Assembly: GCA_030390025.1 (NCBI GenBank)
Contig: CM059433.1
Span: 20,152,001 to 20,216,000 of the forward strand
Direction: 5' to 3'
Source: Squalus acanthias
Taxonomy: Eukaryota
DNA length: 64,000 nt
A program made the position numbers and the translations under genes. Numbering within the stretch: position 1 is the first letter of the stretch; the number at the start of each line of letters is the position of its first letter. Below the pieces are notes generated by a model. That model was not told the origin of the DNA. It made no database searches and worked only from the letters and a program-made list of their open reading frames with translations. Positions 50,481 to 61,334 of this stretch are shown piece by piece.

Positions 50481-51036
50481 CACGCATCTGCATGGAAACC
50501 TGCAGATGCTTTTGAGATGGAAGTCCGCCTCCTTTCAGTGTGGATGCAGCCATCTCCCTCTGCAATGCCAGTGGGGGTTGAGGAGAGGGAGAAAGAGGCA
50601 CAAAGAAACCAGGAGAAAGAAACTCAGATATTGTCAGTGAGCAGTGAAAGACCCCCCTGCACCTCACACGCACGTGATTGCACACAGTGGTTCAAGCCAC
50701 AGTGCTCTTCATCACCACATCATCAAAGCAATACCTACCTGTTCATCCAGTCAGGAGAGCTTCATAATTGACAAGCAGGGCTGCAGCCTTCATACTTATG
50801 GCAACCTCCTCTGCAGTGCCAACTACTCGAGATTGGAACAACAGACTGCTAGACACCCTGACACACACAGGTGCATTAACAACAAAGCCTTTGGGGGAGT
50901 TGGAGAGCAACTGCAAAGCACATGCCTCTGCACAGCCACAAAGTAAGGAAAGAGAGAGAAAGTAGAGGACTCCTCTCGTCCCCAGATCTCGATTCCTTGG
51001 ACTCATTTCCATTCTTGCACCAATCTCAAGGGGCAT

Positions 51037-51165
51037 GGAACATAAGAACATAAGAAATAGGAGCAGGAGTAGACCATTCAACTCTTTGAGCCTGCTCCGC
51101 CATTCATGGCTGATCTACCTCAACTCCACCATCCCGCACTATTCCCATATCCCTTAATATCCAAA
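51037..51165 (-). mobile_element. CR1 3' tail fragment
   Basis: gaacataagaacataagaaataggagcaggagtagaccattca...gagcctgctccgccattca. Confidence 0.85.
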
Positions 51166-51978
51166 AAATTTGGACTGGGTTGGGTATTTGCTCTCTAAAT
51201 CAAGGTCTCTGAGATGCTAACCTATCACTGCCATTGGTGTGTTCATTTTCCTTTGCTTGACTTGTTCAGATGAGTAAGTTATTTATTACAAGCCACGGAA
51301 AACCTCCAGCAGCCATATGTCATAACTAGACTCTCCTAGCACTCAATATACGTGTCTTAGTCATTTGCCCTCCAGGCTTCAGAACCGATATTAATTTTTT
51401 TCTGTCTTCGTTGACTTTATGACTGGTGCTATAGTTTTAAATAGGCAGCATTCAATACAAGTGGAAGCCTCATGCCTGTGCAGCTGGGAGATCAATAAGT
51501 ATTTTATTTTGAGTAGCTATGCTCTGCATGTTTTCTGTCATGCTGGGATTTACTCCGCTGGTTGATAAATTGTTTCCACAGCTATGAAAATGTCCTTGCA
51601 TCCCAGAGAGCCCTGTTTTATTTTCTGGGGTAGAAGGATGTTCAGCTTTAACTGAAAATGTTGGCATTATTGAAGTGACCTTCAAAAGAAAATAATGCAG
51701 TCAAGTAGTGCAATCACAAACACTACAGTTTCCAAAAGTAATTTCTGTGTGACTGGCACAGACCAGTTTACCCTCACACATTGGTCCTTAGTTTTCAGCA
51801 TCCCAGACAAAACTGTCTGAAGATGCAATGGTCGTAAAATTCGTCAGCGTAGTCTGATCCGCATCCTATCTATCCAATTGCTTTAGTACGTCGGTCAGGA
51901 GATTGTGTAGTCAGGTATCCCGCCGGACCGGCTGTGCTATGGAGCGCAGTATTGCCTAAACTGGGTAATATATTGGTG

Positions 51979-52109
51979 CAAAAGCAAAATACTGCGGATG
52001 CTGGAAATCTGAAATAAAAACAGAAAATGCTGGGAATACTCAGCAGGTCAGGCAGCATCTGTGCAGAGAGAAACAGAGTTAACGTTTCAGGTCGATGACC
52101 CTTCGTCAG
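51979..52109 (-). mobile_element. 131-bp Penelope terminal insertion beginning at a hammerhead core
   Basis: 12-bp TSD aatatattggtg (51967-51978 and 52110-52121). The minus strand starts CUGACGA-A-GGGUC(AUC)GACCU-GAAAC-GUU^AACU and closely matches 20985-21072. Confidence 0.9.
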
Positions 52110-52572
52110 AATATATTGGTGTTTTGCTCATCAGGCTGCCCAGTGCAAACAGCAGTGAATGATCAAAAAAAAAAAATCACATCTGCAAAAGCTGAATTGG
52201 TAGCAGGTAGTCAGTGCGCTGTGTATTAGAGCTCCAGGTGCCAGAGGGAAGGCTAGTCTCTCTTCTTAATAATAGTCTTTTCCTGTCTCTAAAAATTCTG
52301 CTATCGGGCCTAATATCAGTGCTTTTTCAGAGATCAATCCCATCTACCCATCTTATCCCTCAGTCCCATCTCCAGAAACACAACTAATTGTCTGCTGAAT
52401 CCATTTGTACTGTTCACTTCAATAGTTTTCTCTGGTTCCAAATTTCACAACCTTGGGGTAAAAAAGATCATGCTGACTTCTGTTTTCACTCCCAATTTCC
52501 TGATTATGAACTTTTTTGTATTTGCTTAGTGCCATATTTTCTCTCCCCCTCTATTGAAGGTGCCAGTTTTTT

Positions 52573-53830
52573 TCATAGAGTTATACAGCACAGAAAGAGG
52601 CCCTTCGGCCCATCGTGTCCGCACCGGCCATCAAGCCCTATCTATTCTAATCCCATTTTCCAGCACTTGATCCGTAGCCTTGTATGCTATGGCGTTTCAA
52701 GTGCTCATCTAAATGCTTCTTGAATGTTGTGAGGGTTCCTGCCTCTACCACCCTTTCAGGCAGTGAGTTCCAGATTCTAGCCACCCTCTGGGTGAAAAAG
52801 TTTTTCCTCAAATCCCCTCTAAACCTCCTGCCCCTTACCTTGAAACTATGCCCCCCTGGTTATTGACCCCTCTACTAAGGGGAAAAGTTCCTTTCTATCT
52901 ACCCTATCTATGCCCCTCATAATTTTGTACACCTCAATCAGGTCCCCCCTCAGCCTTCTCTGCTCTAAGGAAAACAACCCCAGCCTGTCCAGTCTCTCTT
53001 CATAGCTGAAGCGCTCCAGCCCAGGTCACATCCTGGTGAACCCTCTCCAATGCAATCACATCCTTCCTATAGTGTGGCGACCAGAACTGCACACAGTATT
53101 CCAGCTGTGGCCTAACTAGCGTTTTGTACATCTCCATCATAACCTCCCTGCTCTTATATTCTATGCCTCGGCTAATGAAGGCAAGTATCCCATATGCCTT
53201 TTTAACCACCTTATCTACCTGTCCTGCTGCCTTCAGGGATCTATGTACATGCACACCAAGGTCCCTCTGATCCTCTGTCCTTCCTAGGGTCCTACCATTC
53301 ATTGTGTATTCCCTTGCCTTGTTAGTCCTCCCAAAATGCATCACCTCACACTTTTCAGGGTTAAATTCCATTTGCCACTGCTCTGCCCATCTAACCAACC
53401 CGTCTATGTCGTCCTGTAGCCTGAGGCTTCCCTCCTTGCTATTTACTACTCCACCAATTTTCGTGTCATCTGCGAACTTACTGATCATACCTCCTGCATT
53501 CATATCTAAATCATTAATGTACACTACAAACAGCAAATGACCCAGCACCGATCCCTGCGGTACACCACTGGACACAGGCTTCCAGTCACAAAAACAACCT
53601 TCGACCATCACCCTCTGCCTCCTGCCACTAAGCCAATTTTGGATCCAATGTGCCAAATTGCCCCGGATCCCATGGGCGCTTACCTTCTTGACCAGTCTCC
53701 CATGTGGGACTTTGTCAAAAGCCTGACTGAAGTCCATGTAGACTACATCAACTGCACTACCCTCATTCACACACCTAGTCACCCCCTCGAAAAATTCAAT
53801 CAAATTGGTCAGACATGATCTCCCCCTGAC
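52573..53830 (-). mobile_element. Young 5'-truncated CR1 (RT domain to tail)
   Basis: ORF 53000-53803: VVYMDFSQAFDKVPH...GVPQGSVLG...KFADDTK; tail catagagttatac. Confidence 0.97.
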
Positions 53831-53844
53831 AGAGGTACCCTGCT

Positions 53845-54130
53845 GGGGTACAGTTTTCTATGTGAGCCTTAACAGGAAATGTCAGTGGGCTAATTGACCC
53901 TGGGAGCACCAATGCCTGATCCTATCCTCACCCGTCATTCACACACGCGGATTTCCAGCAGGGGCTATTGTATAGTGATCAGGAGCGGGTTTCTTGGGAG
54001 ATTATCCTCGCCCAGTGGTACTGAGGTCTATGTAGCATCCCAGCCACGGCCCTGATTGAGGAGCACACATTGGAGATCTGCCTGGGAGTCTCCTGGGTCT
54101 GTAAAGCTGAGGTACCCCCTGGATAAAGTC
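53845..54130 (-). mobile_element. Probable old SINE-like repeat
   Basis: The minus strand resembles the interrupted sequence at about 38380-38690 and 39145-39230 (gacctcag.acc.ctg...ctcct.at..ctat.ca.t..c.cctg.tggaa). Confidence 0.35.
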
Positions 54131-54486
54131 ACTCACCCATCAGGTTAGTTTCCAAATGTTAACTTGTTTCCCATGGTAGTTGAAACTTTAAGCAGAGAAA
54201 ATAGTTTCCTTGGGATAATTTTGTCAAATCCCATCATAATCTTGAAATCTTTCAAGGGCATGTTGTACCTTTCCTATGATTGTGATCCAGACTGCACATG
54301 CGGTTACAAATGTCATCTCAGTAATGCCTTATGCATCAATTCTACAACATCTTTTGATCTATGCACTATTCCTTTGCTATTGCAGCCCAGTACCTGACTT
54401 GCCTCTTCTTTTACCGCAACGAAGCACTGTGCTGATTGTTTCATTCATTTATCCACTATAATCTCTTAATCACATTCCTGATCAGC

Positions 54487-56460
54487 ATACGAACGTATAA
54501 AATTGACGGGCACGCAAAGACCAACTGGTCCATTCAGCCTGTCCCACACCTCATGATGACTTGAGTATCATGGCTAAACAGTTTCCACCCCATCACTCTC
54601 ACCCCTGCCCCACTCCCCAGTTACCCCCCACCCCACCACCCGCCCTCCCACCCCTCCCTGCCGTCATGTAATCTGGAATCTCCTGGAGAGGCAAAAAAAG
54701 AGAAAAAAACCCAGACCAATAACAGAACAAATATTCTGGAAAATTCCGCTCCGGCCCACTCAGGCGATCAAAACCAGACCAGGAGATCACATGGACCATG
54801 TGTTATCTATAAAGACACTTACCTTCTATATGATGCGATCTCTGCCCCAGTCAAGAACCAGTCCAGCTCCCTCTTGAAGACGTGCAGAGAGTCATCGAGC
54901 ACCGCACAAGCCGGCAATGTATTCCCGAGGCTCACTATCCTCTGGGAAAAGAAGAACTGCTCAACATCCAGTCTATTCCCACTCTTACATATTTTAAACT
55001 CGTGCCTCCGGTCCTCCCCAATCTGTTAAACTGGAACAATCTATCAATAGAGATGCTATCCAGCCCTTTAGTTATTTTATAGACTTCTATCAGGTTGCCT
55101 CTAAGTCTACCCTGTTCTAATATAAATAGACCAAGGTCCTTAAGCCTATTGAAGTAGCTGCGGTTCTTTAAGTTGGGACTCATTCTCGCAGCTCTGCTCT
55201 GGTCCTATATCAAGGCCACTATATCACCCACCATGTGGGGCGGGGGGACTAAAACTGGGTACAGTATTCCAGATGCAGTCTGACCAGCGACCTGTATAAT
55301 GACAGAATGGTGTCCTTTAATTTATATTGAATAGTTCTATTAATACAACCCAATACCCTGTTAGCTTTACCTACATCTTCTCTACATTGGTCATGAACCT
55401 TCAGTGATCTGTGCACAATAATACCTAGGTCTTTTTCTCTCTCAACCTATTTCAGCATTGCTCCCAGCAAATGATACATGTCTTCTGTGTTTTTCCTTCC
55501 AACTTGCATGACACTAAATTTATCCAAGTTACATACCATCTCCAATGTGTGGCCCACTGTCCTAGCACATTTAAATCTTTTTGCATTTGATTGCCCTCCT
55601 CTACTATCTTAACCATTCCACAGATTTTTGGTGTCATCTGCAAACTTACTTACCATACTCCCAACACCGCTGTCCAGGTCATTAATAAAGAAAGCGAACA
55701 GTAAAGGACCTAGGCTCAATCCCCGGAAGACACCACTCGTAACATGCCTCCAGGCTGAACCACATCCGTTAACTACAACTTTTTGGCTGCCGGATTGGAG
55801 CCAATTCTTCATCCAGCATATCAAATTCCTACTGATACCACAATATTGAATCTTGTGAAATAAGCTAGTGTGAAGTACTTTATCAAAGCCTTTCTGAAAG
55901 TTCAGGTAGACAGTGTCAACAGGATTTCCCTCAACCCTAGTGACTTCCTTAAAAAAACTATATTAAATTTGTAAGGCACGACCTATTTTTCTGGAAGCCA
56001 TGTTGTGTATTTCTAATTGCTCCATCCCTTTCCCACTGATCATAAAGGGTATCTTTTACAATCCCTTCCAGCATCTTCCCAATAATGGATGTCAGGCTGA
56101 TAGGCCTGTAGTTTCCAGGCACTGATTTAACCCCTTTTTTGAAAATTGGAACTATATGAACTAGCTTCCAACCTAAAGGAACTATCCCTCACTCTATTGA
56201 ACTATTGAAGATACAGGCAAGGGGCTTATCTTTCCAATCACCTTTGGATGGATACCATCCAGACCTGGAGCCCTATCAATTTTGAGCTTTGCTAATTTAT
56301 CCAAGATGATATTACTATCCATTTTAATATTAATAATGCTAATCAATATGGACCACTCCCCAATGGAACATAAGCATCATGTACAGAAGTATAGACTGCT
56401 ACAAAATAGTCATTTAGCAGCTCTGCCATAATCTGAGTATCAGTTTGAATCTGCCCTACA
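54487..56460 (-). mobile_element. Intermediate-age CR1 subfamily with long 3' UTR
   Basis: WMKNWLQ...[56 protein letters not shown]; frameshifted. Confidence 0.9.
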
Positions 56461-57734
56461 GTTGAATAAAACTCACTTGAAAAATGAGCCCTCTAAATCT
56501 TTCTGAAGCTGATTGCATTGTTCCTCATCATTTCCTATTTTAGAATTATCTGCAGATTTGGAGATTTTCTTTACAATACCCAAGTCATTAATGTGTAATA
56601 AATTAGCAAGGGGCTTGGACTGACCCTTGAGATACTCAACTTATAACTTCTTTCCAGTCTGAAAAGGTCCCATTTATGGTTGGGCTCCATTTCCCATTTC
56701 AAGCCAGTTTTCCATCTGGCACTTACTTTACTTCATATTCCACGAATCCGTAACTTAGTTATTAATTGTCGCTGTGGAACCTTGACAAAGACTTTCAGAA
56801 ACTCATAATGTACAGTATCTATAGCCAGGCGATCTCAAAACTGCTTCCAGCAGCCTGAGATATATATTTCCAGAATGCTATCTGTAGTACAGGCTGATCA
56901 ATAATTATTTTCTTTCGATTATGTTTATATGTATGTAACACCAGCCATCGTGGACCCGGGAACAGTAAGTGAACAATGATATTATATTGTTCTTTTTGAA
57001 AAGCATCCTAAAAGTTATATTCTACAACATTGTTAAATAATATCAGCTGCCTTTGTCCTGTTCAGTAAGGCAGTAATGTTTTTGGAGAAACTCCAGCAGC
57101 TTAATTTAACACAATCTCCCTTTCTTCAATCATGTTTAACAGTCCTTTAAAAAGTTATGTTTTTCGAAGTGTTCACCCAGTAGAACTCTCAACATTGTTT
57201 AAAACACTTTCCCTGAATTTACTGGTCTATAATTTCCAGGTATGTCTCTTGAACCTTTTTAAATGATACAGTTAAGATAACCAATTTCCACGCCTCAGGT
57301 GTATCTCCCAAATTTAGCAAACTTGTAAAAAAAAATTCTTACTTGAAAATAACCACATAAAAAATTGGCTTCAGTTTGTTCCTCTTCCTCATGAAAAATT
57401 TGGTGAATGTCATGAAAAGATGTTCTTTTTCCCATTACAGAATGTGAATGGAAAAGTCAACAATCTTCGGCCCTCACCATCACCAATGCTACTTGAAAGA
57501 CAAATAGCAGCTAAATGACTACAGGAAGGGACATAATTAGCTCAGAGAACTGTTTGTTTCTCAGAAGTATCCAAAGCCATTAAGACCAGAGAGCTATGGG
57601 TATAATGGTCCAGTAGTCTGATGCATGGAACTTTATCATAATTGCCAAGAAGGCCAAGGCAGTAACTCTGCCAAGAAAGATTGACGGAAGTGTGACCTGC
57701 CTGGTTACCTTCTATAAGGGTACCTCATTTTTGT

Positions 57735-57862
57735 TAGGCAAGGGTATTAAGGGATATGGAACCAAGGCAGGTAAATGGAGTTAAGGTACAGATCAGCCAT
57801 GATCTCATTGAATTGCAGCACAGACTCGAGAGGCTGAATAGTCTACCCCTGTTCCTATGTAC
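57735..57862 (+). mobile_element. CR1 3' tail fragment
   Basis: ggcaagggtattaagggatatggaacc...gatcagccatgatct...gaggctgaatagtctacccctgttcctatgt. Confidence 0.85.
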
Positions 57863-57865
57863 CAA

Positions 57866-59496
57866 GGGGGAAAAATTCAGTATCGCCCCATTTGGGGTGC
57901 AATTATCGGCCAAGCGCAAAGATTAGCGCCTGGCGCTAATTATCGCCTCCGACTGCAAACTTGGCTTTTATCGCCCCTGGAGGTGATTGGAATGCTAAAT
58001 CAGGCGCTTCACACCTGTCTTCAGGCGTAAAGGCCGAGGAGCGAGGCGCTACCTCAGAGCGCTGGCGAAGCTCATGGCCCAGAAATTGATCTCGCTCTGT
58101 TCCCGCGGGGGTAAGCCTTCCCCGCGATCTCTCACTCCGCTTGTGCTTTTTCAGATCCAGCTCGCACGAACTTGATGTTCCAGACATCAGCTGGGCAGTG
58201 CTTGCGTATCCCACCGGCGTAGTGAATTCGTGCGAGCTGTGGGATCACGTGACTCAGTTAGAGCCAATGGCAGCACACCATCTTCCATTCATAAGTTTCA
58301 CATACGTGCTGTGAAATCTATGAATCTTACACCCCCCCCAAAATAACAGCTAAACCTCAATTAAATTTAAAAAAAAACCCATCACATTAATAAAATAAGT
58401 ATAGTTAAATAAATTAACCATTTTAAATAAAAAATTAAATTTTTGAAAAAATGTAAAATCTTTTAAAAAGTTATAAAAATAAACTTACCTGTCTTTAAAG
58501 TCTCTAAAAAAGATATACCTGTTAAAAAAAATTCAAAAAAATACTTAATTCACTACTTACCTTGCAAAAAGTGGTTCTTACTCCTCCTTTTTCCATTTCT
58601 AAAATCTTCAGTACTTACCTGCGCGTCCAAAGCATGAAGTGCACAGCGTGCGCGCAGCCTGTAGCGCGCACGCGATGCACCGAGGAACCGCCCCCTTTTC
58701 AAAAGAGCAATTGCCGGTTTTCAGCGCATGCGCAGGGCATGCAGAAAACCGGCAATTGCAGAGGGAATATGCGAGAGTACGCAGTGCGTACTCTCGCGCA
58801 CCGGGATGAATTTTTGGCCCCATGTGATGTCAGTCAGCAATGGAACACAGACACAATGGTGCCGGCCAGTTCTTAAAGGGGAGGGTTGATCTTGCTCTCC
58901 ATCCACATCCTGCTCATTGCAGCCTTGAATCTCAGCCTGGAGAGACCTGTACATCAAATCTGCTGGAAAGAACAATGGAAAGAACCAGGGAAAGATCTCA
59001 GAGTGCAGCCCCCACAATCTCTTCTAAATCGATACAAGGAAGGACAAATCAAAATGAACCTGCAAAGTGCTGCTCAGTACCCAAAACTCCTTCACACAGC
59101 GTTGAATCTCACCAGAAGTCTCTCTCTCTCTCTCTCTCAGAATGCGTGGTGCAAAAATGTCACCAACAAAAAAAGGCAGCAAGCGTTCGTCTTTAAATAG
59201 CGCTCCCCCAGTCCCTTCCTGACTGCAAAACGCTCCCCTCGACCTGATGTTGCTAGCGGCAGGCGGTAAGGCAGGGGGCGCCACTCAATATCCGGTCCGG
59301 GGCGCTACCGGGGCATTGCGCACTCGACTGACGTCACGATCTGCCGGCACAGGAGATCGTGGCGGTAGTGTTTAGCGTCGCCGCAAAATGTCTAGTTAAT
59401 TTCGCGAGCGGCGCAAACATCGCCACGCCCGGGCGCTAGTTGCTTTGCGCCCCATTAGCGCCCTCTTAAGGCGCAAACCAACTGAATTTTCCCCCC
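57866..59496 (-). mobile_element. CpG-rich Harbinger-type MITE, copy 3 (inverted), with nested MITE
   Basis: TIRs gggggaaaaattcag / ctgaattttcccccc, CAA TSD (57863-57865 and 59497-59499); reverse complement of 23473-24365. Confidence 0.95.
58076..58820. mobile_element. Nested Harbinger-type MITE
   Basis: Absent from copies 1 and 2; CAT TSD (58073-58075 and 58821-58823); imperfect TIRs ggcccagaaattgatctc / gggatgaatttttggccc; very AT-rich core. Confidence 0.9.
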
Positions 59497-60259
59497 CAAG
59501 TGCTGTCAGTTAAAAAATTCAGCTCCTCATCTTGAAAACTACAGCTGAGTTATGTTAAGGCAAACAGAGGATGAACATTACAGGAAAAGCTGGTGCAAGA
59601 TTTTTAATTCTCAAGAAAGCTCACAGTCACCATCATTAGTGTTCCACAACGCCTACATTCACGTAGAGATGGGACATAATTAGCTCAGAGAACTGTTTGT
59701 TCCTCAGAAGTGTCCAAAGCCATTAAGACCAGAGGGCTGGACAGGGTCGGCTGAAACTCATGCTTCACAGTATTGGAGAGATGCCACTGGCCTGTCAATC
59801 CTCTGAGACCCCAAGAGCAACAGGAATTGTTGGTTCGTGCTGGTGCATAAGAGCTAATAACAGCTACATCTCAGCAGTCTGTATCAATCCAAAAAATCTA
59901 TATAAATGGTATCTGCAAAATGTCACCCCTTCTACCTGGGAAATTCTATTCCAGATAGATGGTGCTATTGTGTCAGCTAACATATGGTTACCCCATAAAA
60001 CCGGAGCCAAGGTTGCTGGCCATGGAAAGGTTTTCAGCTTGCTTGCCACTTAATGTTTTACATTTCCAACATAAGAGATCAGCTTCAATGTCTTTACAAG
60101 GATATTGATTTCTGCCCTGTGCCCACTTGATAAATATCCTCCAAAGATAAATATATCTTGTGTGCTGTCAGAGAGAGATAAGCATTCAAAGGCCTCAATG
60201 TGATCCGTCTGTCAGTGGTGAAGCACAAACCATGTTGAATACAATGGGAACAACAATGC

Positions 60260-61330
60260 AGCTGTAGCTAAACTCAAAAAGAATATTATATTTGGTTGCA
60301 GGTATTGAAATCCAGCATTCTTGACTATTGAATAAGATGTCAAGCCGAAGGCAATCATACTACAAGTTTAGATTCCCACAAGTGACCAGCCTGGGCAAGA
60401 GGTGGATGAAACCCATGATCAAATAGTGGAATGATAGATGCCAATGAAGGAAATGACTATATTGTTGTTATAGGGAACTGACTGAGCATTATTAGAGAAG
60501 GGAAGGATGAGCGTGCAATTGGTAGCTATGGATTAGGTTGTAGAAATGGAAGAGAAAAGAAATTGGTTATGTTTTGTAAAGGAGGGAGCTAATGGTTACC
60601 AACACTTGGTTTGAACAACACAGAAGAAGAACGTTTACAGGAAAAAAATCTGGAGACACAGAATGGTATCCGATTGATTACACCTTGCTGAAACAGAAAT
60701 ACCACAATAGTGTAAAGAATGCTTCTACTTACCCTGGCACAGTTGCCATTTCAGATCACAAATTGGTTGTGATGGATACTTCTTTGAAGTTGAAGAGAGC
60801 AAAGAATGGTACATATAGGAGAAAGTGTAATTTGGAAGAGCTGAGAGGTGAAGGTGGGTTAAGATTCAGAAAAGAGACTTATAACAAGGTGTGCTGAGAA
60901 AACTGTGCGTCTGGTAAAAGGAAAAGGCTGAACATGATGAGAGAAGGTAAGGATGAGCGTGCAATTGGTAGCTATGGATTAGGTTGTAGAAATAGAAGTA
61001 GTTATGGGTGACCAATGAAATGCTGTTTAAAATGAATGGATGCAGGAAATGGGAAAATGTGACGCAAACGAGGGCAAAAAAGTATACAGGAGACTGAACA
61101 ACTAGCTCAGGAGAGAGGTTGATAAGGCTAGAGAAATCTGACTGAAGGCACTATGTGAGCAGTTGGATAGAAAAGGCAGATCTGATTCGTTATATAAGAG
61201 AGCGAGGAGAATGGATGATTTAAGCAGCCAAGGAATGAGAGTTAAAGCAATCAAACATGAAGATGGACAGCTATTGACTGACCCAATTGAAGTGCGAAAG
61301 AGATGGCAAGACTATGTAATGAATATGCAA
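60260..61330 (+). mobile_element. RTE-clade LINE relic (AP-endonuclease domain)
   Basis: IILQV..PTSD...EVDE...IGSYGLGCRNGR...LVMFC...MVTNTWFEQHRRRTFT.KK.GD...IDY.L...SVKNASTYPG....SDHKLVV, typical of RTE/BovB-like endonucleases. Confidence 0.85.
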
Positions 61331-61334
61331 AACT

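Noticed and set aside
50500..51030. Possible decayed GIY-YIG/Penelope coding relic
   Set aside because: The similarity is too weak to support by eye.
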